A stretch of 64,000 nt of DNA from Camelus dromedarius (lineage: Eukaryota), in assembly GCF_036321535.1 (NCBI RefSeq), contig NC_087438.1, positions 5,210,001-5,274,000 of the forward strand, given 5' to 3'. The notes beneath the pieces are model-generated. The model did not search any database. It had not been told where the DNA came from and saw only the letters and a program-made list of their open reading frames with translations. Position numbers and translations under genes: made by a program. This document shows, one piece after another, positions 25,350 through 37,959 of the stretch (position 1 is the stretch's first letter; every line of letters starts with the position of its first letter).

Positions 25350-25810
25350 ATTTTTTCAAGTTCTGAAATATATTCCTTTAACCTTATCACTCAGAAATGT
25401 TGAATTTCTCAATTTACAAAATATACCATTAAATCAGTCGACAAAGCTTTTAAGGTTTTCTCTGCAAGATCCCACAGTCTTGATGAGTTCATTCTGAAAT
25501 TTTTATCGGTCTTTGCCCTCTTGTGAAGACGTTATATTCTTTTCAACGTGACTTCTACCTGATTATAATCAGTGTGCAAGGGGACTCCTGGGGTGTGTGT
25601 TTATCTTGTATCCAGACACTCAGGAGGTTCTCTGTTCACTCTAACAGTGCTTTTCTTCCCGAACTCATCTGATGTACAATAATCACTTGCAAACTACATT
25701 TTACGTTTTTGTAGCTTTAATGTTTACATTGCCTGGTAGCAAGAGTCTCCAATACTGTGTTGAATGACATCACTCTGCCGGGCAGTTTTCTTGGTGCCTG
25801 TGCTTATAAG
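25350..25810 (-). mobile_element. Ancient L1 ORF2 fragment (L1M)
   Basis: tttatcttgtatccagacact...cattgcctggtagcaagagtctccaatactgtgttgaat...gggcagttttcttggtgcctg resembles antisense L1 ORF2. Confidence 0.6.
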
Positions 25811-27219
25811 AAATGACCATCATTTTGTTCTTTACAATTAAATACATAAACCTTTAAAAATATTTTGATGTTTTTTCCTACCTTCCTAAATATTTCTCTT
25901 TTAAGCCATGCCATTTTGCTTTTGCTTTTAAATCTAAACACACTTTTGTCTTTAGAGAAAAATTGAGACCATTTGTGTTTGTTACAATCTTTATACCACA
26001 TCTTGTATCCTTCATTCTGGTTCTTGGTCCTGAGTCCTGTTTTCTAATCCTTTTTTATAGATGTGTCATTCTATTTTGTATGTCTTTTCCTTTTTAATAT
26101 AATTTGTGAGATTTCTATTCTATTTCTAGTATATCTTGTGAGCATTTTAGAATATGCGCCAACATTTCAACATAATTACTTTTTATCTAAATGACCCCAA
26201 TAACATGTATCTATGTTCTTCTTTGCTAATAGATGTTCCACTTTCTCTTCTTTGACAATTAATAAATAAGCTAAGAGAAAGTTGTATTGTCTTAGATATC
26301 TCACAGGTGTCTTCATTCTTGTTTCCTTCCACCCACCACTAAACTTCTTGAAAAGTAGTGACCACTCTCCATTTCGCTTTGCTTCTTACCCACTTCCTAG
26401 CTTCACTGTTCAGCTGGAAGCACCTGCTAACCCAAAGGCATTTGCCATCCTAGATTTCTGCAGCGTTGACTTTTGTTGCCAACTTTTTTGGCCACTAGGG
26501 GAAAAAGATCCTTGGAGGGAAGAACCAAAACCTTCTGTCTTGGTTCCCGTCACCTGGTCCCACTCAGGATCACTGACTGTGTTTTTCTCTGCACGTTTTT
26601 TGATGGACACTCCTTCTCTTCCCATCGGCCAAACACACACATGTTCATCAGGGCTCCACCCAGAGGCGTCTTTTCTCCCCGTTCGTGTTGGTCAGCTTTC
26701 AGCGCATCACTCATTTTCAGTCATTCTGCCTGGATTGATGGCTCTCAGTGCACTAATTCTGCCTCCATCTTTTCTTGGGCTCTAGACTCAGTTTTCATTA
26801 CCACCACAAACTCAGAATGTCCAGACCCCATTTTCCACCAGACCACGCTTGTTTGTTGTCCTCTCTGTTTCTGTTGGTGACTCCCCACTTCTCACCCTCA
26901 GCCCGTATTTAAATCTCCCTTCTTGTGTTTTCTCCTTTGCAACTTTCATAAAACCATTGTGCTGCTGTGTTGTTGGTATTTGCCATTCCCATGGCCACCT
27001 CCTTAGTTTAGGGTTTTGCTGCACCCTCCCTTGTCAGATCCACGCCACGCACCAAATCATATTGATCTGTGACAGGCACGGTTAGTGTCAGGGCAAAACT
27101 GAGCCTGTAAGCACCCTGACCCGGTTAACAATGCAGCACCCTTTGCAGGTGTTCATTGAGCTGCTTGCTGCAAGGCAGTATTGTGTAATTGTTGTGAGTG
27201 TCGCTCTGGCTCGTCGTTG

Positions 27220-27695
27220 TTGGTTTCGAATCCTGTGACACCCCTTGATACCTGCGTGACTCTGGGAAAGGTGTGTAACCTCTCTGGTCTTTTGTTTCCT
27301 CGTCTGTAAAATGGGTGTGTCAATCCAATCAAATGATACAACGTGCCATGAACTGAGTGCTTGTAAACAGCAGAAATGTATTGCTTATCATTCTGGAGGC
27401 TGGAAGTCCAAGGCCAGGGAGCCAGTGTGATGGGGTTGTGGTGAGGACCCTCTCCAGGCTGCAGACAGCCGACTTCTCCTTGTACCCTCATGTGGAGGAA
27501 GGGGGCTCTCTGGAATCTCTTTTATAAGGATCTTCCCTCATCTCAATCATGAGGCTCTGCTTTCATGATGTAATCACCCCCAAGCCCCCACTGCCTAATA
27601 CCATCACACTGGAGGCTAGGATTTTCATATGAATACCAGGGGGGCACGAACATTCAGGCCAAAGCAATGGAGTAATGACATCACCTACCTCAGTA
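27220..27695 (+). mobile_element. MIR split by an MLT1 LTR (pieces 27220-27315 and 27667-27695)
   Basis: ggtttcgaatcctg...gtgactctgggaaaggtgtgtaacctctctg...tttcctcgtctgtaaaatggg, resuming after the LTR as atggagtaatgacatcacctacctca. Confidence 0.8.
27316..27666 (-). mobile_element. ERVL-MaLR solo LTR (MLT1A0-like)
   Basis: TG...CA ends; ttctggaggctggaagtccaag, ggtgaggaccctctccaggctgcagacagccgacttctcc, cctaataccatcacactgg; 5-bp target duplication ATGGG / ATGGA. Confidence 0.88.
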
Positions 27696-27774
27696 GATAG
27701 GTGCGTATCTTATACATTTTATTTTCACTGAGTAGAGGCACATTTTCCATGAATATGTGGATGTGCCCACATTG

Positions 27775-27945
27775 TGCTCTGTCTCTGTCTCTCTCTGTCT
27801 CTTTCTCTCTAAATATATATGTATATAGACAGATACATATAGATATATAGAGAGAGACTATATATTTATATAAATACATTCACATATGTGATCATTAAGT
27901 TTATATATTTATAAATATATATATATTTAGAGTACATATATGCAT
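27775..27945. repeat. (CT)n followed by an AT-rich (TA)n low-complexity tract, including a 20-bp perfect palindrome at 27902-27921
   Basis: tatatattta|taaatatata is directly visible. Confidence 0.85.
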
Positions 27946-28717
27946 TCTGAGTTCCAGATGGCCTAAAGAGCGTCCACAGAAAGTAGCTGACACTTTATAG
28001 CAGGACGGAGGGACAGCTGAGGCTCATTTGACGTGGTACTGGCTTCCCTGGGACATTTTTAAGAGTCATAGTAAAAGCAGAGCCAGCATGTTCATCTTCA
28101 GAGTCCTGGGGGGGAAAAAAGAGCCAGCGCAACCCACAGACACCAGGAGATACTTTTTCAGCCGACAGACTGTGAAGAAGGAAATGTGGAAAACCAGGGA
28201 GACTAAAGGATGTCCCCACCTTGTTACCAGTGAGAGAGTGTCCAGTTCATGTGAGGGCTTTGGGAAGCAGATGACTCCCTGGGCCACCGGGTCACCAGTG
28301 GATACATCTTCATCACACGCAGTGCCTTCTTTCTAGGAACATCTCTGCCCCCTATTCTTTTATATCATCACTTAAAGACATTTCATTACCCTGAATAAAG
28401 ATGAGGGGATGATCAATACTTGAATTAGGAGCCTGATTCTTTGTTTATTCAATACCAGGCCCTCCAGATACCCATTTTGTCCTCATTTCTGTGCTGCTCA
28501 CATGCCCGTACTGCAGAGAAGGAGAGAAGTTCTAACAGCTGCTGGAGGGAGAAAAACTGGGATAACTGCTGTGGGGCGAGAGTCAGATCTGCATTTCTCA
28601 TCATCGACACCAGGCATTAAAAAACAGTAGAGCAAAATCTTAAGTACTTAAGACTTAAGTATTTTGCACTTTGATTTGTACATCAAGTCAAAGTGCCATT
28701 CGTAAATGAGCAGTATG

Positions 28718-28920
28718 AACCTTTAATGAAAAAAATATGAAAACGAATATATGTATGTATTATGCGTGACTGGGGCATTGTGCTGAACACCAGAGACTGA
28801 CCCGTTGTAACTGATGGTATTTCAGTAAAAATAGATAGATAGGTAGATAGGTAGGTAGATAGGTAGGTAGATAGATAGGTAGATAGATAGGCAGATAGGT
28901 AGACAGGTAGGTAGATATAT
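28718..28920 (+). mobile_element. Very short camelid-type L1 3' end whose tail is a (TAGA/TAGG)n microsatellite
   Basis: aacctttaatgaaaaaaatatgaaaacgaatatatgtatg...gactggggcattgtgctgaacaccag. Flanked by aaatgagcagtatg (28704-28717) / aaataagcagtatg (28921-28934). Confidence 0.88.
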
Positions 28921-30789
28921 AAATAAGCAGTATGCTTTTCAGGCTCACGTGGACTCAGAAAACGCAACCCCATACATGTATAATGACACGGAAATTTGAG
29001 GACTTCCTCCAGTGAAACAAAGAAAAATGAATTCAAACAAAAGAGGGAATAAAGGAAACTTTGTGGGCCCAGAAACTGGTAAAACTTGAGAATTAAGACT
29101 AAATACTAAGAATAAATAATTATAGTTGCCTAGTGTAAAAATAGCACTGTTAATTAAAACTGCAAGAAGAACAAAATTCTAACATTTAAAAATCACATGG
29201 TTTCTGCTTGGGCGTTTTTAGGTAGATGACTGTCTTATCTTGTCTAGAAAAACTGATTTCTTGTAGAAAGCAACATTTAAAAATAGGGAATGGTTTACCC
29301 CATTGCTTTCAGCCCCAGTGAGTATTTTTTATTTCAAACTACATTAAAGGAGAGAATTAGATTTTCATATCCATCAAAGTAGATTATGTGTTAAATTTTA
29401 AAACCTCTTTAAGTGGTAATTCTAAATTCATTGCAAAGGAAAAAGACATTGCGTATATAAGGACTAGCCATTCTGAATTATGCAGTTTGGTACACTTACA
29501 CTTTAATATCTTTCTTCCATCCATGTGCAATAAAATCTCAGTTTAAGGACCAGGTAAATAGTGCTTATTACATTCACGCTGTCAAAGTCAGAATCCCCCG
29601 AAGCACGTTATTCACTTTAGCATTATTGGTACCTGCATTTACATAACATCTTTCATCTGAGGGAATCGAGTTCTTTATAAATATCATAAATAGCACATTC
29701 CACAGAATTCTCTTATCCTGTGCTGTTATTGCCATAAGTACACAGGGCAGGGAATTTCTGAGGTTTTAGCAAAAGTTTGCACAGGAGGACAATTTCACCC
29801 AATTCCTGAAACCAAGACTCAAGAATAAGTTTCATTTGTGAATAATTTGCTCTTGGGAGCATTTTCCTTTACCTCCGCGTGTCCGGGCGTCATCGTCCTG
29901 AGGCTCTCCTGCTGGAAAAAGTCACTGTGAGAACGTTCAGTGCCCTCAGGAGAGCTTGAAGACCTTGCCTCTAACCAGAAGCCTTCACTGAGCAGACCCG
30001 TCCCCCGCTGGAATGCGTGGCAGTGCCTTTCCTCTTCTAGGGCAAAGCTCTGCCCGATTGTGACCGACCCTGGACAAGGGTTTGCTGTTTTATTTGTTTG
30101 GCTGGGTTTGAGCCTGTCTGTGCCTGGGTTTCCCGCTCTGTATTATCATATGAGTAGTGGGAGTGCCGCCCCCAGGGCTGTCCCAGGAATGGCGCATCTA
30201 CGCCCGGGTCTGGGGCAGCCCCCAGGCCCAGCGAGCACGCAGCGCACCGGGGCCCGTGGCCAGCAGGTGGGGCTCGTGGGGATATGGAACTGCACGGGCT
30301 CCCCGTCTCCATGAGTTGTAAACTGATGGTTTTGCATAGGGTTTCATCTATTGCATGAACACTGAGAAATACTCCTGAATATTCTGGGGAAAAGTAGCCC
30401 CGTCTCGACTTTCAGAATTTTGCAACGCTTTTGACACTTCTTAAAAATTAGGGGCGGGGGGGGGGGGGGAATCAGATTTAGGAAGGTGAAGAGGGACCGA
30501 GAATGAAGGCTGTAAACCATCTAGTGTGTTGGAGGACCTTTGACCTCTTATTTTTGTCTTCTCTTCCCACCATCCCTTGGCAAAATTTTAGAAATACTTG
30601 AAGGTCTGCAAAGAATCATCACTTCTCATTTCTGCAGGTCAAAGTGTCCTTGCCTTTTGATGTTACCTGATGTTCTCTTTTTCTCTCCATCGAAATACTT
30701 CAGACTAAAAATGCAAAGCAGAGGGACAAATCATCGGCCCCTCTGCCTTCCTCTGGCCTCCCTGTGCAGGCCCCGGGGGAGACACAGGC

Positions 30790-30888
30790 GGAGTGATCTC
30801 CGCGCTCCCTCCGCTTCAGTTTCCTCACGTGTGAAATGAGGGCTCTGAACCTCCATACACCTCCCAGCCTAATAGCCCATGATTCTAC
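30790..30888 (+). mobile_element. MIR3-like fragment
   Basis: gcttcagtttcctcacgtgtgaaatgaggg...cctcccagcctaatagcccatgattcta. Confidence 0.6.
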
Positions 30889-32184
30889 ATTTTAACTAAT
30901 ATTATTTTCAATATCTCAGAAACCTTCAAAGAAAATTCTGTGACTGGTTTCCTTTTTTCATTTTTACTGCATCTCAAATTCTGGCTATGACTTTGAGGTG
31001 TTTCCGTTGAGTTTTCACACCTTCCTATCTGTGGAATCTGTTTCTGTCCTGTGAGTGTAGCATTTGTTTCTCAAGGCACATTACTCCTATTTTATTAGGT
31101 AATTATTTTCGAGAATTTTAAGTATTCTTGTATGCTCATTCCCAGAAACTCTTCAGAGCAAAGCATCCAGATAAAACAGCTTCTTAAGTGAACAGCTATG
31201 TTTGCACTTACAAGTATGAGCGCTACAATGACATAATGGAAAACAATATTTGTACTAGAAGTGTGTTCTACGGCAAATGTCATCAACTGGTGATCCAAGA
31301 GTGTCAGCCTTCTAGTGGTTTCAGGTGACAAGCACTCACCAGGGCAATTTCCTGGAAGTAGAAAAAGGCAGAGTTTCCTAATAATTTAATGAAATCTTTA
31401 TCAAGTAAAATGCCAGGGGACAAAAGGACAGACTTACAGTGGGAACTGAAATATATAAAAATGTATGTACACAATAAACTAGTCTTGAGTCTTAAAATTT
31501 AGGAATTTTTAACTGTAGAAAAATGAATTAAAATAATTTTTGTTATTTAATATAATTTCGATGATCAAGAAGGTATAATTTTAGATTTGTGAAGCGAGCC
31601 ATTTCTCCCATTATAGGCAAAATAGATATCCGGTCAAGTTCTGAAAAGTAATAGAATTAGATAAATGCCTTTTGCTCATGCTATGGCTTATGTAAACACT
31701 AATGGCGCAGAAGTTGAGCTACTAAAACTAATCTAATAAATCACTGGTCTGGCTAAGAAAATGCTTATCTTTATGTCCTCAGGGTCACACAAGTGGGATC
31801 CTCATAATATTTAGAGATATACTCTCAGTGAAGGAACTTCTTTGTTCTTTTCTCAAACAACATGATAACAGTGTGATATTTCCTGCTCTGCTCCTCACGT
31901 GGAATAACAATTGAGTAAAATGTTCTTGAACCACAAATATTGTGTTGATATGGAATGGAGCATTGATACAAAAATTATTTTGGTTTGCATTCTGATTTTG
32001 TAGGGATTCATCATAGAAATTTGAGTTCTCTGGAGAGCAAGCACAGCTGAAAGCTCAGGGCTCTTCATCAAGCGAGGTAAATGTAACAAATTCTGAGAGC
32101 CTGGAGGAGCTCAATGTGACCTTTATTAATCTGCATGCTATTATATGCACTTAAAGACAGAGTGAGGGACAGAGGAAGGAACTA

Positions 32185-32470
32185 CAGCTGATGGTTGAAC
32201 AACTGGAGTTTGAACTGTGGGTCCACTTATATGTGGATTTTTTTCAGTAGATACTACAGTACTACATGATCTATGCTTGGTACTCCATGATCTGTCGTTG
32301 GTACTCCATGATCTGTGCTTGGTACTCCATGATCTGTGCTTGGTACTACATGACCTGTGGATGCAGAACCATGGATACAGAGGGCCAACTATAGGACTGG
32401 AGCATCCGTGGATTTTGGTGTCCATGGCGGGTCCTGGAACCAGTTTCCAGTGGATACTGAGGGACAACTG
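32185..32470. mobile_element. TcMar-Tigger MITE (MER8/MER2/Tigger2 family)
   Basis: TA|cagctgatggttgaacaactggagtttgaactgtgggtccacttatatgtggattttttt ... ggtcctggaaccagtttccagtggatactgagggacaactg. CAG...CTG termini with a TA target on the left. Confidence 0.85.
32259..32359. repeat. 21-bp minisatellite, about 4.8 copies (GTACTCCATGATCTGTGCTTG)
   Basis: Units start at 32259, 32280, 32301, 32322 and 32343 (the last is partial). Confidence 0.95.
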
Positions 32471-32619
32471 TGTGTATATGTGTGTTTTCTGCTACTCACT
32501 TTATTTCTGTGGAGGAATAAGAGCTGAAGAAGTACAGTGAATGGTACTTCAAAGTGAGGAGGGCTTTGCAGGGAGCCTTGCTTGCAGCACATCTAAATGT
32601 TGGTTCATGTCAAGGTCCT

Positions 32620-32995
32620 GGTCTCCAATCTGTTCTGTGACTCACTCCCTTGAGGTTCTTACCCTTTCTCACAGCTTTAAAACTATCCCCACACTGATTA
32701 CTCCATAGCTGTGATCTCTTCCTTGAAATCCACACTCAAAGGCCAACTTACCTAGTCTGTGTTTTCATTGGAATATTCAGTGAGCATCTCAAACTTAACA
32801 TGACCGAGAGGGAAGATTTGATTTCCCCAAAACCTACTTTGCTCCTGTTACCCTCTTAGGAAGTGATACCCCATTCACCCAGTTGCTCAGGCCAGAACCA
32901 TAGGAGAAGTCAAGCTGGTCTCTGCCTTTTCTCTGACTCCTCATATCCAGACCATCAGCAAATCGTGTTGGCTTTGCCTCCCAGGGCACCCAAAC
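32620..32995 (+). mobile_element. L2a-like fragment
   Basis: agcatctcaaacttaacatg, cattcacccagttgctcaggccagaacc, catatccagaccatcagcaaatcgtgttggctttgcct. Confidence 0.85.
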
Positions 32996-33129
32996 CCAAG
33001 GACAGCTTATAAGCCATATATAAATGGGTGTGAAACAAGATTTAGCCCATGGGACATAGATTGATGACACCTGGTCTTTATCACTCAGTTCAAAAGTAAA
33101 CATTATTACAGAAGGAACTTTGAAATTTT

Positions 33130-35130
33130 GGTTTATCACTATGTCCCTGAAACAAAAAAGACAAAAATTCAAAGCAGCTACAATAAATATGCTCAAAAAT
33201 TAAAAAAAAAAGAACATGCTAAAAGAAGAAAAGGAATGTGTAATGACAGTGTCTCATCAAATGGAGAATATCAATAGAGTGATAGAAATTTTAAAAGACC
33301 AAATGGTAATTATGGAATCAAAAGTAGAATAACTGAAATAAAGATTTCTCTGAAGGGGATTTGAATTGGCAGAATAAAGAATTAGTAAACTTAAAACTAG
33401 ATCAATGGATATTATGCAAACTGAGCAGAGAGAAATGGAGAAAGATGAACACAGTTTCAGAGAAATGCAGGATTCCGTTAAGTTCACCAGCATAAGCTGA
33501 GGGGGAGTTCAGGAGGAGAGGATAGAGAGAAAGCAGGAAAAAAAATTTCAAATAAATAATTGTGAGCATTTCCCCAAATTTAATGAATCCAAGAATCTAA
33601 AAAGAATATAAATACAAAGAGATCTACACCCAGATACATCATAGTGAAAATGCTGAAAGCCAATCTCAGGGATAAAATCTTGAAAGCAACAAGAGAAAAA
33701 TGTCTCATCACTCTCAAGGAAACCCTAATAAGGACAATAGCAGACTCATGAGAAGCAGTGGAGGCCAGAAGGCAGTGGGATGACATATTCAAAGCACTGA
33801 AAGAGAAAAAAAATAACTGTCAATCAAAAAATTCATGTTAAGAAGATAAATATAACAAACTCTATGAATATATGCTTGTTTTTATTTATTCTCTCTTCTT
33901 TAAAAGACATAAAATTATATACAGTAACAATTATAACAAGGTGTTACAGATGTTATATGTGTATCACACTATAATGGCAATGATTGTGTGCAATAACTAT
34001 TGTTGTGTGCAACAATAATGGCACATGAAGGGGGAGGAATAAATAGAAATTGAGAACATGACCTTAAATTTTATGTAGAAATGCAGGTTACCCAAAATAG
34101 CCAAAATAATACTGAAAAAAATAAATTTGAAGAACTCACTCTTCCTGATTTAAGAACACCTACAACTCTATAGTAATCAAGAAAGTGCAATACTGGCACA
34201 AATAGAGATCAGTGTAATAGAATTGAAAGTCCACAAATAAACCATCACATTTATACCAATTATTTTTGACAGGAGTGTCAAGGTAATTCAGTGGGGAAAG
34301 AATACTGTTTTCCACAAATGGTGCCGTGATAATTGAATATCCACATGCAAAGGAATGTAGTTGGACCCCTTCCTCACACCATATGCAAAGAGTTAATTCA
34401 AAATAGTTCGAAGACCTGAATGTAAAAACTAAAACTATAAAACTCTTAGAAGAAAATACAGCCATAAATCTTGACATAGGATTAAGCAAGGTTTCTTAGA
34501 TGTGATATTAAGAGCACAAAAATAGAAAAAAAAATCAATAAATTGCACTTCACAAATTTAAAAGTTTTCACTTCAAAGGACACCATCAAGAAAGTGTAAA
34601 AACTCACAGAATGGGAGAAAATATTTGCTAATCGTGTATCTGAGAAGGGACTGTGTCTAGAAAATATAGAGAACTCAATAACAAAAAAATCAAAGTACTC
34701 TAGCTGGAAAGGGCTGAAGGATCTCAGTATGCATTTCTCCAAAGGAGACACACAGATGGCCAGTATGAGTGTGGAAAGATGCTCATCATGAGCATCTGGG
34801 AGATGCAGATCAAACCACTGGGATATCACTTTACACTCCCTAGAACGACTGCCGTCAAAAAGACAGAAAGTAAGACTTGGGGAGAATTTGGGTGAATTGG
34901 GATTCTTGTGCATTGGTGATCCAACTGTAAAATGATGTCACTGCTTTGAAAAACAATTTAGCAGTTCCTCAAAGCTAAACAGTGAGTTACTATGTGAACA
35001 ATTATTCTCCTAGATCCATACCTGAGAGTAATGAAAACCTACGTCCACACAAAAGCTTGTGCATGATTGTTTATAGGACCACTGTGTATTATTCGTAACA
35101 GCCGAGACGTGGCAGCAACCCAAATTTCCA
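33130..35130 (+). mobile_element. Old L1 (L1M): ORF1-like region (about 33130-33830) and ORF2 3' region (about 34040-35130), with most of ORF2 missing
   Basis: A-rich sense strand. ORF1 motifs acacccagatacatcatagtgaaaatgctgaaa and ggaggccagaaggcagtgggatgacatattcaaag; ORF2 motifs tagccaaaataatactgaaa, ttggaccccttcctcacaccatat, gaatgggagaaaatatttgc. Many stops and frameshifts. Confidence 0.85.
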
Positions 35131-35571
35131 AACTCATCCCTTTAGGAATCTACTGTCTGCTTGTTTCATCTCACCGGCAATGGTTTTCCCGTCTGTGACA
35201 GGGAAATTATAGCCATCCATCTAGCTGTATGGCATCAGAGAAGTGAGACCTTGTCAAGCACATGGAGGAACTCCTCTTTGTCTAGATTTGTGCCTTATTA
35301 CTTATTGAAAGATGTCCATAAATATTAACATCATCAATTATCATGATTATCCATCATCACCGTCATCAGCAAACCTCTTCCCTCAGAAACCACCCCTCCA
35401 TGCCCGGCTCCCTGCGAGACTTGGATGCTGTGGCCTTGTCTTTTTTCTTCTTTTGTCTCCAGCTGAACAGAGGCAGCTTCTGCTTGCCACGAGTGGTGTT
35501 TATGTGGCTGGGCCTCTGATATTCCACTGGAGCTGTTCACAAGCAGTGTTTTCACTGTCCCGTGGATGAGG

Positions 35572-36049
35572 TGTAACTTTCCCCATCTGCATGTGCGCTC
35601 AGGGCAGTCCACAGAGAGAAAAGACTTGTCTGCTTGTACACCTGTCAATCATATGTAAGCCAACCAATCCAGGGCCCACACCCCAGCCACCTCCTCTGTC
35701 TGGCTCTCACACTCCAAGCCATTGTCCATCGTCCCTAATCCCTCCAAAGCAGGTACCAGACAGGTAGTGACGGCCCTCAAGCCCACTGTAATTATTCAAA
35801 CTAGCCAATCCAGAGCCTGCTGGCCCTGCTTGCCTGGCCTTTCCCATGGAAATGACAGTAAAAACTTGCCCACATTTTCTCCCTCACTCCTTCTGCCCCT
35901 GACTGACTCTGCGGTCCTGCGTGGTGCGCCATGCCTCCTGTTTCTGGGCACCTGCGAGTATAGACATCTCTTCCTTTACTACGGTCATTCTTGTGTCTCT
36001 GTGTCTTACCATCCCTGATTAAGACCAATCACAGCTACACTTTAAATCA
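35572..36049 (+). mobile_element. ERVL solo LTR (MER73/MER74-like)
   Basis: gccaaccaatccagggcccacaccccagccacctcct, aggtaccagaca, aattattcaaactagccaatcc, gtgtcttaccatccctgattaa; TG...CA ends. Confidence 0.75.
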
Positions 36050-37959
36050 GGTGCCAAGTGAGAAAGAATGAAGTTATACCGATTACTTAAAAAATCAGGG
36101 ATACTGGAAAAAAATGTTTTGCGGCACAAACTCCGTAAGTGGAAAAATAGATTTGAGGAGCACAAGTGAACCTCCCGAAACACAAAACCCAAAGCTTTTC
36201 CCCAATTGTCTGAGCATCTCCTGACCTTTCTCCCCACACTCCTGCATCTTGTACACACTCCAGTATTGCTGCTGATGCTCTGAATGAAATGATGATTAAA
36301 GGGTGTGCGAAAGCTGCTTCTCAAAAAAATTCGGTTCTTTAGAGCCTTGTGGAATAAGGATCAATATAAAAAGGAAACAGGGTACAGGGAAGAGATATTT
36401 TCCCACATTTTAATAAAGCGGAATTGAGTTGGGTGGCATGGCTCTGGGAACAGAAATCATTCTCTGTTTGTAGGACAGCTGCCCAGAGAGTTTTGTTTGC
36501 CTATAAAGATGCTGATGGGACATTAGTGGTTAGTGGACCATTCCTTGGCGACTTGGCAGAGGGGAGGCCCGCAGAGGTCTGCAGACAGGGCATGGGGCTC
36601 CCCCAGCAGCTCGGAAGTGTCCTTTCCACTCTGGATCATGTAACTACCGGGGTGACAGTGGCCGAATTCAGCCCAGTGCCCAGGAGTTCTGATTTGAAGC
36701 CCAGCATCAAGGGATTCTTCTTTAAAGCCATTTGTTGGGCAAGAATATAGAAGGAATGATGTAGAAAGTGTACTTTGTTTAATGAGTGCCTCTTCTAGTA
36801 AATAAATTGCATGTCCATTAATAACAATATTCTCCCACCTCCATCTCTTAAAAATGATTTCGCCCTGCTGAGGTTTCCAGCCCTGAGCAGGAGATTTACA
36901 AACATTTATCACAGACATAAAAACTGATCAATGAAACTATAAAAGGTAAAAGTTTTAAATCACTCTCTGATTATAGCTGTGGGCACTTCCATTACCTTTT
37001 CCATTAAGTCGTGACGTATAAAAATATTGAGCCATTTACATTACAGAAACGGAGAGACTGATGGGAAAGACTGACTAAAATTGCTATTTCTCTTGCTGAA
37101 GGAAAAGCCGGCTTTCAGATATTAGCCATAAAAAATTTTGTCCTTAATTTTGGTAAAGGATGGAGATATAATAAACATAACAACATCGAAAAGTATTTCT
37201 TTTATCTACCCTTGAAAGTAGGATAAGTTTTGGATATGCTCTTAAAAGATTGCCGTTACATTTTTTGTGTCATTGTTATCAGTGTTAGCGATAAAAGGAA
37301 ACCTTTGTATGTCACTCTGCAAATTTCACCTGTCCTTTGTAAGTCCTTTTCTCAGATTGAGCCCATTGTCCCCGTGAGGACCTCAAAGAGGTCTGTCTGG
37401 GTCTCAGTGGCTGATGTGAAGGTGGCTCTTTTGACACTGGTTTTATTTTGTTAAACATGCACATATTAAATCAAGAGGGTGAGGCTTGGATTGTGTTCTT
37501 TATGAACATCTTGGAATTACAGCTTCCCTTCGTTTCTAGGAAAAGATCTCTCCCTCAGTGACTTGCTCTGCCCGAGACGTGCTAACCTTCATTGTTACAT
37601 AAGTTCTGCAGTGAACTTTGTGGGGGGAAAAAAGCAATAAAATATTACCCAGAGGGGAAATAAAAATGTAAAAAAAAACAAAAGGATGGAAAAAAGGGAA
37701 CGAGATTTTGGAATGGACAGAAAGAGTAACTTCCACGATTCTGGGCTTTTCCCATGTTACTGTGTTGGAACTGATAACGTTTCAATTCCCTTGATTCTAT
37801 TAAACTGTGAGTGTAGACAGGGGAGGGCTTGCATTTAAATGCAGATTACTGGTAGTTCTGTTACTGGGCTTTATTTGTTACACTGAGTGTAATTGCTAAG
37901 AAATTTGGATTCCAGAATATTCTGTTCCTTTCCTTTTCCCACGACAACGCCCATAACCC

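Noticed and set aside
32259..32359. 21-bp repeat as a CRISPR-like array or a coding repeat (VLHDLCL / STKHRSW ORFs)
   Set aside because: Head-to-tail copies with no spacers inside a MITE; the peptide repeats arise only because 21 is divisible by 3.
35430..35500. Strong pyrimidine tract plus AG (ttgtcttttttcttcttttgtctccag) followed by EQRQLLLA, loosely like the start of the next ADCY2 exon (ERLLLSLL)
   Set aside because: Similarity stops after a few residues, there is no PAHIAMEMK, the phase does not fit and no good donor follows. At most a cryptic acceptor.
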